Positions 18,495-28,229 of a stretch of 35,221 nt of DNA are shown piece after piece. The first letter of the stretch is position 1. Every line of letters starts with the position of its first letter. Source of the stretch: Planctomycetota bacterium. GTDB taxonomy: Bacteria > Planctomycetota > UBA11346. The position numbers were made by a program, and so were the translations under genes. The notes beneath the pieces were generated by a model. That model did no database searches and had not been told where the DNA came from. It saw nothing but the letters and a program-made list of their open reading frames with translations. Where the stretch lies: assembly GCA_038213805.1 (NCBI GenBank), contig JBBQSO010000057.1, forward strand, positions 1 through 35,221, in the 5' to 3' direction.

Positions 18495-20104
18495 GTCTGT
18501 CCGAAAAGTCCGCCGCCATGGCCGGTGGCCCCGTCGTGGCACCCTCCGCCGTCGCCGGCCTCGGCCCGCGCCAGGCGCTTCGGCTCGCCTGCTTCTGGCT
18601 CGGCGGCCTCAGCCTGATCGCGACGGTGGTGCTGTCCTCCGCGCCGGCCACCGGCGTGGTGGCGACACTGGTCGCGGTCGCAGCGATGGGCTATGCGCTG
18701 GTCGGCGCGCCGGCCTGGGAGACCCGGCGCGCGTGGCCGCACGCGCTGGCGGTGCTGCTTGCCGCGCTGGCGGCTTTCGGCCTGTGCGCGAGCCGCTGCG
18801 GCAGCTACGCCGCTTATGCCGAATTCCTCGGCCTGCCCACCGCGGTCGCCGGCATCGTTCTGCACGGTGCGGTGGCGCTGGTCGCGCTGGTGCAGGCGCG
18901 CTACCGTCCGCAGGCCGTGCTGGTCACCGACCTCGCCATCGCGGTGGCCTGCGGCGGATCGCTGTTTTTCGCCACCGTGATGGCGGCCTCCGGGACCTGG
19001 TGCGGCGCGTGCTTCGCCATCCACGCGCTGATGGCCGTGCAGCTCGCTGACCTGGCGGTGGCGACGCGCGGCAGCGCCCGCATCGCGGTGCTGGCCACGG
19101 TGCTGGCCGCGGCCGGCGGCGCGAATGCGCTCTACCACCACCGCGACCTGCCGCCGCTGCGCAACGATCCCGGCGAGCTGCTCGCTTACCTGCGCGGCCT
19201 GTGGAGCGGGGACCTGCCGCCGCAACGCGTCGACCAGGTCAGCGAAGAGGTGCGCGAGGCGCAGCGCGCCGGGCGCGAGTCGGGCGCGCTGCGGGCGGTA
19301 CCAGGCGGCGCTGCGCCGCGCCCCACACCGCCGGCGGAGCGCGGCGCGCGCCCGGCGACCGGCAGGATTCCGGTCGCTGGAGCCACCGACCCGCTGCCGC
19401 CTGCGTCTACAGCGCGGCATGCGGTTCCTGCGCCGGCCGACGGAGAATCGCCAGCGGATTCCACGCCCGTAGCGGCTCGCCTGGAGCGCCCGGTCGCGGC
19501 GGCGGGTGCGCCCGCTGCGGATGCCCCAGCCACGCCGCTTGCACCGGTGTCCGTGCCCACCGCGCGTCCGATCGCGCTCGCCAACCACTGGGGCCAGGCC
19601 AGCGCGCCGGTGACCATGGTCTTCGCTCTCGACATGGGCTGCCCGGTGTGCGCGCAGCAGCTCGGCCAGGTGCTCGAGCTCTCCGACCTGATCAAGGCTG
19701 GGCGATTGCAGGTGCGCTTCCTGATCACCTACCGCAATCAGGCCTCACAGGCCACCGCCTCGCTCGCCTATGCCGCGGGCGTGGTCGGGGAGCGACCGCT
19801 GGTCGAATGTCTGGCCGCCTTCATGCAGCATCAGCGCGACATCGTCGTCACCGCCGATGCGATGACCTTCCTGCCTGCCGACTTCCCACCGCAACTGGCG
19901 ATCGCCACCGTGCGTCAGCACCAGGCGACCATCACCACGCTGATGACCGACGCAGTCAAGCTGAAGGACGCGCTGGGCGCGACCGGCGACCCGGCGATCT
20001 GGCTGATGGTGCCAGGGCAGGCGAAGCCGGCGCGCGAATTCCAGGGACTGACGATGTCGTCGATCATCCGCTTGGCGGCGATGAGCCTGGTGCCAGCGCA
20101 ATAG
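18491..20104 (+). CDS. VKOR-like membrane domain fused through a Pro/Ala linker to a DsbA-like domain
   Basis: CASRC...YAEFLGLP.A..G and WCGACFAIH (VKOR-like four Cys); WGQASAPVTMVFALDMGCPVC (DsbA-like); GDP at the cis-Pro position. Confidence 0.78.
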   Translation: MSLSEKSAAMAGGPVVAPSAVAGLGPRQALRLACFWLGGLSLIATVVLSSAPATGVVATLVAVAAMGYALVGAPAWETRRAWPHALAVLLAALAAFGLCASRCGSYAAYAEFLGLPTAVAGIVLHGAVALVALVQARYRPQAVLVTDLAIAVACGGSLFFATVMAASGTWCGACFAIHALMAVQLADLAVATRGSARIAVLATVLAAAGGANALYHHRDLPPLRNDPGELLAYLRGLWSGDLPPQRVDQVSEEVREAQRAGRESGALRAVPGGAAPRPTPPAERGARPATGRIPVAGATDPLPPASTARHAVPAPADGESPADSTPVAARLERPVAAAGAPAADAPATPLAPVSVPTARPIALANHWGQASAPVTMVFALDMGCPVCAQQLGQVLELSDLIKAGRLQVRFLITYRNQASQATASLAYAAGVVGERPLVECLAAFMQHQRDIVVTADAMTFLPADFPPQLAIATVRQHQATITTLMTDAVKLKDALGATGDPAIWLMVPGQAKPAREFQGLTMSSIIRLAAMSLVPAQ

Positions 20105-20245
20105 GCGGCGGAGTTCGCGTCGGCGGTGCCTGCTCGGCTGCCCGCCGGCGCACCATGAAACAGTGCGCTTCATCTTGCCAGGTTTGCGCCCCGATCCGCG
20201 CCCGCATGATCGGCGTCCTATCCACCTCCCAACCAGGAGCATTCC

Positions 20246-20560
20246 ATGCGTCGTCTCCATCCTCTCCTCATCCTCTGCCTGCTGTCGCTGGCCAGCGGTT
20301 CGGCATTCGCCGAAGTGCCCTCGGGCGCGACCTTCACCGCCGAATCGGGCGTCGCAGGCGGTGTAATGATGACCACCGTCGCAGGCAGCGTGAATTCCAT
20401 CACCGGTCTGCTCATGGGTCCTGGTCTTTACGTGATCATGGCCATCGGCGCCCTGCTCGCGCTTTACGGCTTCGGACGTGGCAACAAGGAGACCCTGTTC
20501 AGCGGCATCGGTCTGTTCGTGCTCGCCGCCATCATCAAGGGCGTGTTCGCCATCCTGTGA
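20246..20560 (+). CDS. Pilin-like protein (TraA/VirB2-like)
   Basis: AGGAG RBS; 104 aa; signal peptide ending SAFA and two hydrophobic helices split by a charged loop (GRGNKE); lies immediately before the TraL-like gene. Confidence 0.65.
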   Translation: MRRLHPLLILCLLSLASGSAFAEVPSGATFTAESGVAGGVMMTTVAGSVNSITGLLMGPGLYVIMAIGALLALYGFGRGNKETLFSGIGLFVLAAIIKGVFAIL

Positions 20561-20566
20561 TCCCCC

Positions 20567-20622
20567 GGACGCCGCCGTGCTGCCGCGCCTTCGTGCGCGA
20601 GCGCGCGGCGGCGTCCTTTCCC
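20567..20622 (+). terminator. Intra-operon hairpin after the pilin gene (attenuator/stabiliser)
   Basis: GGACGCCGCCG/CGGCGGCGTCC 11-bp stem followed by TTTCCC. Confidence 0.6.
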
Positions 20623-20680
20623 ACTCCCCCACGATGAGGTGGTGCCGGTATCGCCGCGCGGCGATGACGGACCATGAGCC

Positions 20681-21301
20681 ATGGCCAAGCCGTTCGAACT
20701 CCCGTGGACGCTCAATGACGAGAACGAATTCGGCATCCCCATGCTGCCGTGGTACGTCACCAACCAGGAGATGGGCCTCGCCGTCCTCGGCACCATTTTC
20801 ACGTATATCATTTGCTCGCCGGTGCTGGGCACCGGCCTGATCAACTTCGCGGCCATGGCGGTCAGCGGGGTGGTGATCATGCATTCCATGATGCGCTACA
20901 AGAACGGCAAGCCGGCGAGCTGGCTGTGGGACCTGCGTCTCGCGCTCGGGATGTTCCCGCTGCAGCGCGGCCTGCTCAAGGTCACGCGCCACGTGCGCTG
21001 GCTGTCCCAGCACCATCTCGCGCGGCCCTCACCATTCCTCACCGGCGTTGGGAAGGTCGGCGAGGATCTCACCATCTCGGCGCCGTGGATGGTGGTGCTG
21101 CCGCCGGTGACGAACTGGGCGCCCTGCTTTCCGCCGCGGCGGCGACGCGTGTTCTCGGCCAAAGCCGCACCGGCCCCGATCTGGTTCCAGGTCGCGAACG
21201 GCTTCGCCAACGTGGTCAACCCGCGCATCCCGGTGACCGTCACCTGGGAGCTCAAGCCAGAACGCACCTTGCCGCCGCCGACCGGCGGAAATCCGCCATG
21301 A
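20681..21301 (+). CDS. TraL/VirB3-like inner membrane protein with C-terminal extension
   Basis: LPWTLNDENEFGIP N-terminal motif, two TM helices, then KNGKPASWL; located between pilin and TraE-like genes. Confidence 0.6.
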   Translation: MAKPFELPWTLNDENEFGIPMLPWYVTNQEMGLAVLGTIFTYIICSPVLGTGLINFAAMAVSGVVIMHSMMRYKNGKPASWLWDLRLALGMFPLQRGLLKVTRHVRWLSQHHLARPSPFLTGVGKVGEDLTISAPWMVVLPPVTNWAPCFPPRRRRVFSAKAAPAPIWFQVANGFANVVNPRIPVTVTWELKPERTLPPPTGGNPP

Positions 21302-21687
21302 ATCAGCGTTACGACTTCTACGCCGACATGCTCGAGACCCACACCGAGATCGGCTACCTGTTGGTGATCGCGATTTCCCTGTTGGCCTTCAATGCCGCCA
21401 TCTCGGCTGTGCTCTGGCGCTGGCCCGGCGACGACGTCTACCTCGTCCCCGGCGTCGAAGGGGGTGGCATGGCCAATGTCACCTGGGGCGCTGCGCCGCC
21501 GCCCATCCGCGAAGCGGAACCGCATGATCCGCTCGAGGGCACGCCCACCATCGATCTGACTCCCGCACCACCCGCGTTGGTTCCGGAAGCGGCCGCTGCG
21601 CCGTCCGCCGCCGCCGCCGATCTGCCTTCGGCCGCGAAGAATTCCGGCACCCCGCCGGCCGCGACCGCCACCAGGCCTGCGCCATGA
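21298..21687 (+). CDS. Small bitopic protein resembling the TraE N-terminus with a Pro/Ala tail
   Basis: ATGA overlaps at both ends; one TM followed by DDVYLVPG. Confidence 0.6.
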   Translation: MNQRYDFYADMLETHTEIGYLLVIAISLLAFNAAISAVLWRWPGDDVYLVPGVEGGGMANVTWGAAPPPIREAEPHDPLEGTPTIDLTPAPPALVPEAAAAPSAAAADLPSAAKNSGTPPAATATRPAP

Positions 21688-22478
21688 ATCCGCCACTCGT
21701 CGTCAGCGAAACTCGGCGTGGGATCGAGGCGCCGTCGCGCGTCCGCGCGGCGCCCGATGCTGCGGCCGAACGCCGGCTGGCCGAGGGCACGCCGCTGGCC
21801 GCGGCCAAGGTCATCCCCTCCAATGCGCCCATGCCGCTGGCCGCGCAACGCGATTTCCGCGGCTGGATCGTGATCGCGATCCTGGTGCAGATCATCATCG
21901 GCATCGCCTTGAGCGTGGCGGTGATCAGCAAAGTCGCGAACCGCACCATCTACTATGCGCCGACCGCCGAGCGCATCGGTTCGAGCACCGCAGTGCGCGA
22001 AGCCACCACTTTCGAGGCGCTGACCACCGCGCAGATGCTGGTCGCGCGCATGGAGACCTACACTCCGGCCAGCGCCAGCACGGTGTGGGGCGTGGTACTG
22101 CCCTTCCTGCATCCCTCGCTGCACGAGAAGACGCGCGCCAACTATGAGGAGATCGCGCGCAAGGCTGAGCGCCTGTGGCAACACCGCGTCGCGGTGCCGC
22201 TCGGCGCGGCGATCGGCGGCCGCAACAACGGCCTGATCACCCTGGCGGTGTTCTACGACAGCATCGAGCTCACTGGGCGCGACGAGGCCAAGCGCGAGCT
22301 CAGCCGGCTCTCGCCCAAGGCCGCCTACCTCGAGTTTGTCATGGACGTGCCGACCCACGAGAACCCGCTCGGTCTGATCATGACCCGGTATCAGTCCTAT
22401 GACAAGGCTGACTGGATATCGCGCGGCTTCCCGGACATGTGGGATTCTTTCCGCAAGCTACCAGAAAAGCGCAGGTGA
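21684..22478 (+). CDS. TraE/VirB8-like protein
   Basis: Single TM, then TIYYAPT, TYTPAS, FLHPSL and a C-terminal ENPLGL motif typical of VirB8-fold proteins. Confidence 0.65.
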   Translation: MNPPLVVSETRRGIEAPSRVRAAPDAAAERRLAEGTPLAAAKVIPSNAPMPLAAQRDFRGWIVIAILVQIIIGIALSVAVISKVANRTIYYAPTAERIGSSTAVREATTFEALTTAQMLVARMETYTPASASTVWGVVLPFLHPSLHEKTRANYEEIARKAERLWQHRVAVPLGAAIGGRNNGLITLAVFYDSIELTGRDEAKRELSRLSPKAAYLEFVMDVPTHENPLGLIMTRYQSYDKADWISRGFPDMWDSFRKLPEKRR

Positions 22479-22481
22479 TCG

Positions 22482-23069
22482 GTGATCTTGCGCCAATACC
22501 GCTCGCTCGGCCTGCTGCCCGAGATCATCACCTTCGTGTTCCTGGTGGTCGCGGTGGTGACCGCCACCGGGGTGCTGTGGCGCATCGTCTGGCGGGATCC
22601 AGTGGTGCTGGTGCCCAATGCGCGCGGTTCCGGGCCGCTGCGGCCAGCGACCGCTGACGACACCTATCTGCGCCAGTTCTGCACCAATTTTCTGATCAAT
22701 TGGACGAGCTGGAACCAGCACTCGTACCAGTTTCGCAAGACGCAGGCGATCAGCCTGATGACCCCGGCGGTGCGCGCGCAATTCACCGAGATGGCGCGGC
22801 GCTCAGGTGAACTGGTCGCCAGCCTGTCGGAAAGCCAGACCTACCACCTCGCCAGCCTTGAGATCGCAGCCGTCGATGTGCGGCAGGAGTTGTGGCAGGC
22901 GCGCTTCGCCGGCGAGATGTTCACCTACTATGGTGGCGTCGGCGGACGACCGGATCCCTACAGCGGGATCCTCCTCCTGCACGCCCTGCATCCCACTCCC
23001 GAGAGCCCGCTCTGTCTCGAGGTGCTCGGTTTCAAGATCGACAAGTCTACCGCATTGGAGCCCCGATGA
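22482..23069 (+). CDS. TraE-like protein
   Basis: GTG start; TM then PVVLVP, DDTYLRQF, LMTP, SQTY and ESPLCL motifs. Confidence 0.65.
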   Translation: MILRQYRSLGLLPEIITFVFLVVAVVTATGVLWRIVWRDPVVLVPNARGSGPLRPATADDTYLRQFCTNFLINWTSWNQHSYQFRKTQAISLMTPAVRAQFTEMARRSGELVASLSESQTYHLASLEIAAVDVRQELWQARFAGEMFTYYGGVGGRPDPYSGILLLHALHPTPESPLCLEVLGFKIDKSTALEPR

Positions 23070-23827
23070 TCCGCCTGCTGACGCTCCTGCTCCTTTTCAC
23101 CGCCGCCGCCCGCGCCCCCGCCGAGACCGTCGACTGGTCGCTCGGCAGGTCGATCGACTGCGCGTTGGCGCCGGCGCTGCCGACGCGTTCGGTGACGCGC
23201 ACCGTGGTCTTCCCTGGTGGCCCGATCAGCGAGGTGCCGTCGTTCTGGAGCGAGGAGCAGCTGTTCGTCAAGATCATCCGCAACACCCTGGTCTTCCAGC
23301 TCCGCGACCCGCTCTTCAGCGGCACCATCCAGGTCTTCGATGACAAGGGCAATCTGTTCCTGCTCAATGTGCGCGCGGCGCGCGGTGGCGAGACCGTCGA
23401 CGACGTGCTGCTGATCCGCCCCCTTGAGACGGCCAGTGGCGCTGCGGCGCCGATGCCCGGCGACTCCGATGGTGCCGTGACCGAAATGATGGCGCACATG
23501 GTAGGTGGCGGACCAAACCCAGCGATCAGTGGATCCCTGGTCACCCATGTGGACGAGCACGGCAAGGTCGTGCCCGGCCGTCGCATCTTCGCTGACGACA
23601 CCCTCACCCTCGAGCTGTTCAAGGTCTACCAGGGTCCCGGCCTGCGTGGCTACGAATGCCTGGTGCGCTATGCGGGCGCGCGCACCGTGCGCCTCGACCA
23701 GCAGCGTCTGTGGTTTCCCGGCGCGCTTGCGGTCTACGCCAGCAACCAGGTGTTCATCAATCCGCAGACCGTTCAGGTCGAGATCCAGCCCAACCAGGCG
23801 ATCCGGGTCTTCTACGTCGCCGAATGA
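23066..23827 (+). CDS. TraK/VirB9-like exported core-complex protein
   Basis: Signal peptide; beta-rich (TRTVVFP, GNLFLLNV, YQGPGLRG, RVFYV); located between TraE-like and TraB-like genes. Confidence 0.6.
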   Translation: MIRLLTLLLLFTAAARAPAETVDWSLGRSIDCALAPALPTRSVTRTVVFPGGPISEVPSFWSEEQLFVKIIRNTLVFQLRDPLFSGTIQVFDDKGNLFLLNVRAARGGETVDDVLLIRPLETASGAAAPMPGDSDGAVTEMMAHMVGGGPNPAISGSLVTHVDEHGKVVPGRRIFADDTLTLELFKVYQGPGLRGYECLVRYAGARTVRLDQQRLWFPGALAVYASNQVFINPQTVQVEIQPNQAIRVFYVAE

Positions 23828-23857
23828 CTGGCCCACGCCGAGCCCCCCGAGTGACGC

Positions 23858-26800
23858 ATGTCTGATCCTCTCGATCCCCTGGACCCCGACCGCAATCTGC
23901 CGCCCGCAGGCGGCGGTAGCGCGCCCGACGACGAGGACGGCGACCCGGCCGCCGCGGAGCGCCTGCTCGCGCAGCGCGGCCAGACTGCTGGCCGCGCTGG
24001 CCGGTTCCTGCGCGACGCCGCCAGCACCGCCGCCAAGGAGAAGGACAAGACCGTACTGATCGTCGCCGTGGTCGGCGGCGTGCTGCTGATCGCCATCGTC
24101 GGCATCGCGCTGCTTGCCCGGAAGCAGCAGACCGCTCCGTCCCAGGTGGTCTACACCCCGTCCTTCGACGTGAACATGTCCTCGCAAGAGGAGCTGCGCG
24201 GCTTCACCAAGAAGACCGCGCAGGAAGTCAACGAGATCGACGCCCAGCTCAAGGAACTGAGCGCGACCATGAAGGGCCTGGTCGACCGCCAGGACAAGAC
24301 CGAGGGCTTCGTGCGCGATGCCCTGAAGCAGGCCAGGGAGGACCTCGACCGCGTCGGCAATGAGAAGCTGCGCGCCGCCGAAGAGATCGCCAAGATCGGC
24401 GCCAAGGCCGCCGATCCGCGCACCACCTCCATCCTCAAGGAGTTCCGTGACTCGCTGACCGGCCTCAAGCAGTCGCCGGCCGAAGCCAAGGCGCGCGCAG
24501 CGATGCTGCTGCGCCAGGCCGGGGTGCCCGAGGACCAGATCCGCAACATCCTCGCCGAGGCCGCGCAGCAGGCGGGGCGCATCGCCGTCGGTGACATCGC
24601 CGAGGCGGCCCTCGGCAAGGCCGAGATCGATACCCTGCCGGAGTGGCTGCGACCGCACGTGCCGGGTGTCCGCGACCTGGTCTACGGACTGGCCGCGGCC
24701 CAGGGCCGCTTCTACCCCGACCAGGTGCTTGCCGAGGTCAAGGTCCACCTGCGGGCGCGTGAGCACGCGCGTAGCGCCGCGCTGACCGACGACCTGGTGC
24801 GCCAGGTCGCCACCGTCGCGCGCGTGCGCCGCGAGAATCTCACCCCGGAGATGGAGGACCTGCTGCCCTATCTGGTCACGCTGCGCGACGCGCGCAAACT
24901 CGGGCCCAGTGATCGTCAGGGCATCGCCGACCTGGTCTGGTCGGCGCGCGAGCGCCTGCCGGAAGCCACCAATCCCGGCCAGATGCTGGCGATCTGCCAC
25001 GTTGTGGCGCGCGCCGTCGGCGCGGTCGCGACCAAGCCCGGTGAGGACCTGAGTCGCAAGCCGCTCGACGACGACAGTGCGCGCCTCGCCACCGAGGTGG
25101 TGACCACCGCGGTGCTCAACGCCATCCAGCTGGGCCGCGGCCAGGCCGAGCAGTACGAGATCGCCAGCCGCGCGCTCGCCAACTACCTCGACACCGCGCG
25201 CCTGACCGCCAGCGACGAGCAGAAGAAGCAGGTGGTGCTGCGCGCCATGGCCGCCGCGTCCAAGCGTCAGCAGGCTGACAAGGCCGAGAAGGCCGAGCAG
25301 GCGCCGCCGGCACCGGCGGAGAAGGCCACAGCGGCGCGCCCGCACGGCCCCGACCCGGCGGATCTGCTGTTCTTCGGCCCGCTGCGACTGGACCGCGGTC
25401 AGGCGCAGCGCGCCCTGGTCTTCGCCCTGCCGCTGCTGCTCCAGTCCAATGGCATCGATCCGGCGGGGGTGAAGGGGCCGGCGGCGCTGATCGCTGCCTT
25501 CGAGCAGGTCCCGCGCGTGGTCAGCGAGGCGCTGCCCCCCGCCCTGGGCAAAGCCATGGGCGGCAAGGATTACTTCACCACGGCGATCCCGCAGCTCAGC
25601 TACGCGCTGCGCATGGGCGAGAGCCTCGCGGGCATCCCGCTGACGGTCACGCCGGGCCGGACCGACGAGGACAGCCGCGCGGCGCGGGTCATGCGCGGCG
25701 TGGCGATCGGCGCGGTCTATGGGCCATTCGTGCACGACGAGACCAAGGCCAAGGCCGCGGCCGGCGATGCCCTCGCCGCGGTCGAGGCCGCTCCGCCACT
25801 CACCCCGGCGCTGGCCGCCGACCTCGCGCGTCTGCCCGCTGAGCGTCCGTACGCGGCGATCATCACCGCCTACGACGGCTTCAGGCCGGGCCGCTTCGGT
25901 TACCCCGCGGCGCGCTTCCAGGAGCTCGCCGGCCGCATCGCCCAGCTCACCACCCAGGTGCGCGAGCTGAAGTCCGTGGTCGCCGAACTCTTCCAGTCCG
26001 ACCAGGAAGGCACCTACGAGGAGGACGCCCGACTGCTCATCCCGCTGGCTGTGGCCGCACACGACGACGGGCAGATGCCGCTCAACGATCTGTTCGCGCT
26101 GGTACGCGCCGACCTCCACACCTTCACCGCACTGTTCCTCGCCGAGGGCCGGGTCAGCCGCGAAACCCTGGGCGTGCTCATCCCCAAGTACGCCGCAGCG
26201 ATGGTCGAAGAGTCCGGGGGCGCGACCGCGCTGGTCCAGACCGCCACCGAGATCGTGCCGAGCACCATCCAGGAGATCCACCAGCAGCGCGCACCCGCCA
26301 TCACCGCCGACAACCTGAAAGAGGTCGTGCAGCAGCTGGGCGATGAGGCGCTGCCGCTGGTCGAGCGCAAGCTCGTCCGCCAAGTGGTGGTGGCGCGCGT
26401 CATGCCGCGCATCCGGCGCGGCGGCGCGCTCGCCGACAAGGCCCTGGTGGCGAGCGCCGGCGAGACCGCCATGCGCCGCGCCGTCGAGCTGGTGGCGGCA
26501 CCCTACACGCCGGTGCGCATCGACGGCTGGGCGACGCAGATCACCAACGAATGCCGCGCCATCCTCGCCGGCGGCGAGGCCCAGCCCAACCCGGCGACGG
26601 TCGGCCGTGGGGCCGGCGGCCCAGGCGGGAAAGCCGGCTACTGGCCGGTGCCGACCATGCTCGCCGTCACCGGCGGCGGTCAGCTGGTCGGCACCAGCAC
26701 CTCGCTGATGCGCACCCGCCAGATCATCATTCCGGCCAACACCTATGGCAACGCGCACCTCCAGACCGGCGTCGACGCCGAGATCGGCGGGCGCGGCAAC

Positions 26801-27382
26801 GTGCCGGTGCTGTTGCAGATGGATTTCGACTGGGTCGGACCCGCGAACAGCCACATCGTCATGCGTGGCTGCCGGGTCTCGGGGGTGGCCAACGCCATGG
26901 CGGGCCCGGAGCGCGTCGCGGTCGACCTCAAAACGCTTAGCTACGTATTCCCCTCCGGCCGCGAGATCAACAGCCAGGTGAATGGTTTCATCAGCGACAA
27001 CCTCAGCGGGCAGTATGGCGCGCTCGGCACCTACAAGTGGAACGCCGACAAGGTGCTGCCCTACGCGGTGCTGTCGGGTGGCCTGTCGGGCGCCGGTGAT
27101 GCGCTGAAATCCAACGGCCAGACCACCATCGTGAGCAACACCACGACCACCGTGGCGAACTCCGGCAACAAGCTCCAGCAGGCCGGCTACGCCGGAATCG
27201 CGGACGGCTTCGGCCTGATGGCCGACTACGTCAAGGCGACGCTCAACGACATCAAGCCCTCGGTCTCGGTGGTGAACGGCCAGCGCGTCAGCGTAGTGCT
27301 GCTCGAGCCGGTGGTGCTGAACGTGCCCGAAGCCGAGTTCTCGTATCTGCAGAACGGCACCGGTGGAGGCTTCGCGCCATGA
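23858..27382 (+). CDS. traB: TraB/VirB10-like protein, unusually long (1174 aa)
   Basis: N-terminal TM and coiled coil; C-terminal IPANTY..A.LQTGVDA...PVLL...GPAN...GCRVSG.A...ERV.VDL..LS and V..GQRVSVVL motifs. Confidence 0.82.
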   Translation: MSDPLDPLDPDRNLPPAGGGSAPDDEDGDPAAAERLLAQRGQTAGRAGRFLRDAASTAAKEKDKTVLIVAVVGGVLLIAIVGIALLARKQQTAPSQVVYTPSFDVNMSSQEELRGFTKKTAQEVNEIDAQLKELSATMKGLVDRQDKTEGFVRDALKQAREDLDRVGNEKLRAAEEIAKIGAKAADPRTTSILKEFRDSLTGLKQSPAEAKARAAMLLRQAGVPEDQIRNILAEAAQQAGRIAVGDIAEAALGKAEIDTLPEWLRPHVPGVRDLVYGLAAAQGRFYPDQVLAEVKVHLRAREHARSAALTDDLVRQVATVARVRRENLTPEMEDLLPYLVTLRDARKLGPSDRQGIADLVWSARERLPEATNPGQMLAICHVVARAVGAVATKPGEDLSRKPLDDDSARLATEVVTTAVLNAIQLGRGQAEQYEIASRALANYLDTARLTASDEQKKQVVLRAMAAASKRQQADKAEKAEQAPPAPAEKATAARPHGPDPADLLFFGPLRLDRGQAQRALVFALPLLLQSNGIDPAGVKGPAALIAAFEQVPRVVSEALPPALGKAMGGKDYFTTAIPQLSYALRMGESLAGIPLTVTPGRTDEDSRAARVMRGVAIGAVYGPFVHDETKAKAAAGDALAAVEAAPPLTPALAADLARLPAERPYAAIITAYDGFRPGRFGYPAARFQELAGRIAQLTTQVRELKSVVAELFQSDQEGTYEEDARLLIPLAVAAHDDGQMPLNDLFALVRADLHTFTALFLAEGRVSRETLGVLIPKYAAAMVEESGGATALVQTATEIVPSTIQEIHQQRAPAITADNLKEVVQQLGDEALPLVERKLVRQVVVARVMPRIRRGGALADKALVASAGETAMRRAVELVAAPYTPVRIDGWATQITNECRAILAGGEAQPNPATVGRGAGGPGGKAGYWPVPTMLAVTGGGQLVGTSTSLMRTRQIIIPANTYGNAHLQTGVDAEIGGRGNVPVLLQMDFDWVGPANSHIVMRGCRVSGVANAMAGPERVAVDLKTLSYVFPSGREINSQVNGFISDNLSGQYGALGTYKWNADKVLPYAVLSGGLSGAGDALKSNGQTTIVSNTTTTVANSGNKLQQAGYAGIADGFGLMADYVKATLNDIKPSVSVVNGQRVSVVLLEPVVLNVPEAEFSYLQNGTGGGFAP

Positions 27383-27462
27383 GTCGTCGCCCGTCCGCGT
27401 GCACCCGCCGTTGCCAGGTTTCCACCGCTGGCGCGGTCACGCATACTGCGCCTCCGAACCCC

Positions 27463-28209
27463 ATGCGCACCGCCCTGATCTCCTGCCTGCTCCCCGCCCT
27501 CGCCCTGCTCGCCGGTTGCGGCACCCAGCGCGACGAGGTCCCGGGCAACGTCCGCCCCGGCTCGATCGAGGAGGTCACCGGCCGCGTCGACGGCTTCGGC
27601 AATGGCTCCGCAGATGGCCGCGGCGGGGGCCAGCTCGAGCAGATCGGCGTGGTGCCGATCACCGGCAACGTCAAGCCGGTGATCCCGCTGGTCAAGCCGC
27701 CCGAAGTCATCTCCTTCTACGTCTTCCCGCGCAAGAGCCGCGACGGCATGTCGTTCCGCGACGGCGTGTGGATCCACCGCGTCATCCGCCCCTTCGCCTG
27801 GGGCGTCGATGAGGCGATGCGCAACGACCGCCTCAAGCTCTCCAGCCTGACCAACCTGCGCCTCGACGACAACGGCCAGCTGGTGATCGACCAGGAGAAG
27901 ACCATCGAACCGCCCACCTCCGACGTCCAGGGACTGCGCGACATGGCCCAGCATCTGCCCTGGCGCGCGACCGACGGCGGTCAGCCGCTGTCGCGCACCA
28001 CCGTGGTCTTCCCGAATAGTGGTCAGGCGGTGACGTCGACCGCGCCAGCGGATCGCGCCCCGGCAGTGGTCGGCCCGAACGGGTCGGTCAACATGCAGGA
28101 GATCGAGCGCGCCATGGCCGAGGCCCAGCAGCGCGTGCGCGAGACCCAGCAGCGCCAGCGCAGCGGCAGCTCGGCCGCAGCCATCCCGCCCGCGACGCCG
28201 ACCAAGTAG
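27463..28209 (+). CDS. traV: TraV-like outer-membrane lipoprotein
   Basis: Lipobox LLAGC; PPEVISFYVFP..SRDG....GVWIHRVIRPFAW resembles the TraV motif; lies between traB and traC. Confidence 0.7.
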   Translation: MRTALISCLLPALALLAGCGTQRDEVPGNVRPGSIEEVTGRVDGFGNGSADGRGGGQLEQIGVVPITGNVKPVIPLVKPPEVISFYVFPRKSRDGMSFRDGVWIHRVIRPFAWGVDEAMRNDRLKLSSLTNLRLDDNGQLVIDQEKTIEPPTSDVQGLRDMAQHLPWRATDGGQPLSRTTVVFPNSGQAVTSTAPADRAPAVVGPNGSVNMQEIERAMAEAQQRVRETQQRQRSGSSAAAIPPATPTK

Positions 28210-28229
28210 CGGCTGGCAGGGACAGCACC

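Noticed and set aside
22958..26854. 1298-aa minus-strand ORF (also 28023-30086, 10081-12540, 2289-3821, 4338-6179)
   Set aside because: Shadow or alternative-frame ORFs of real genes caused by high GC and codon bias; they lack motifs.
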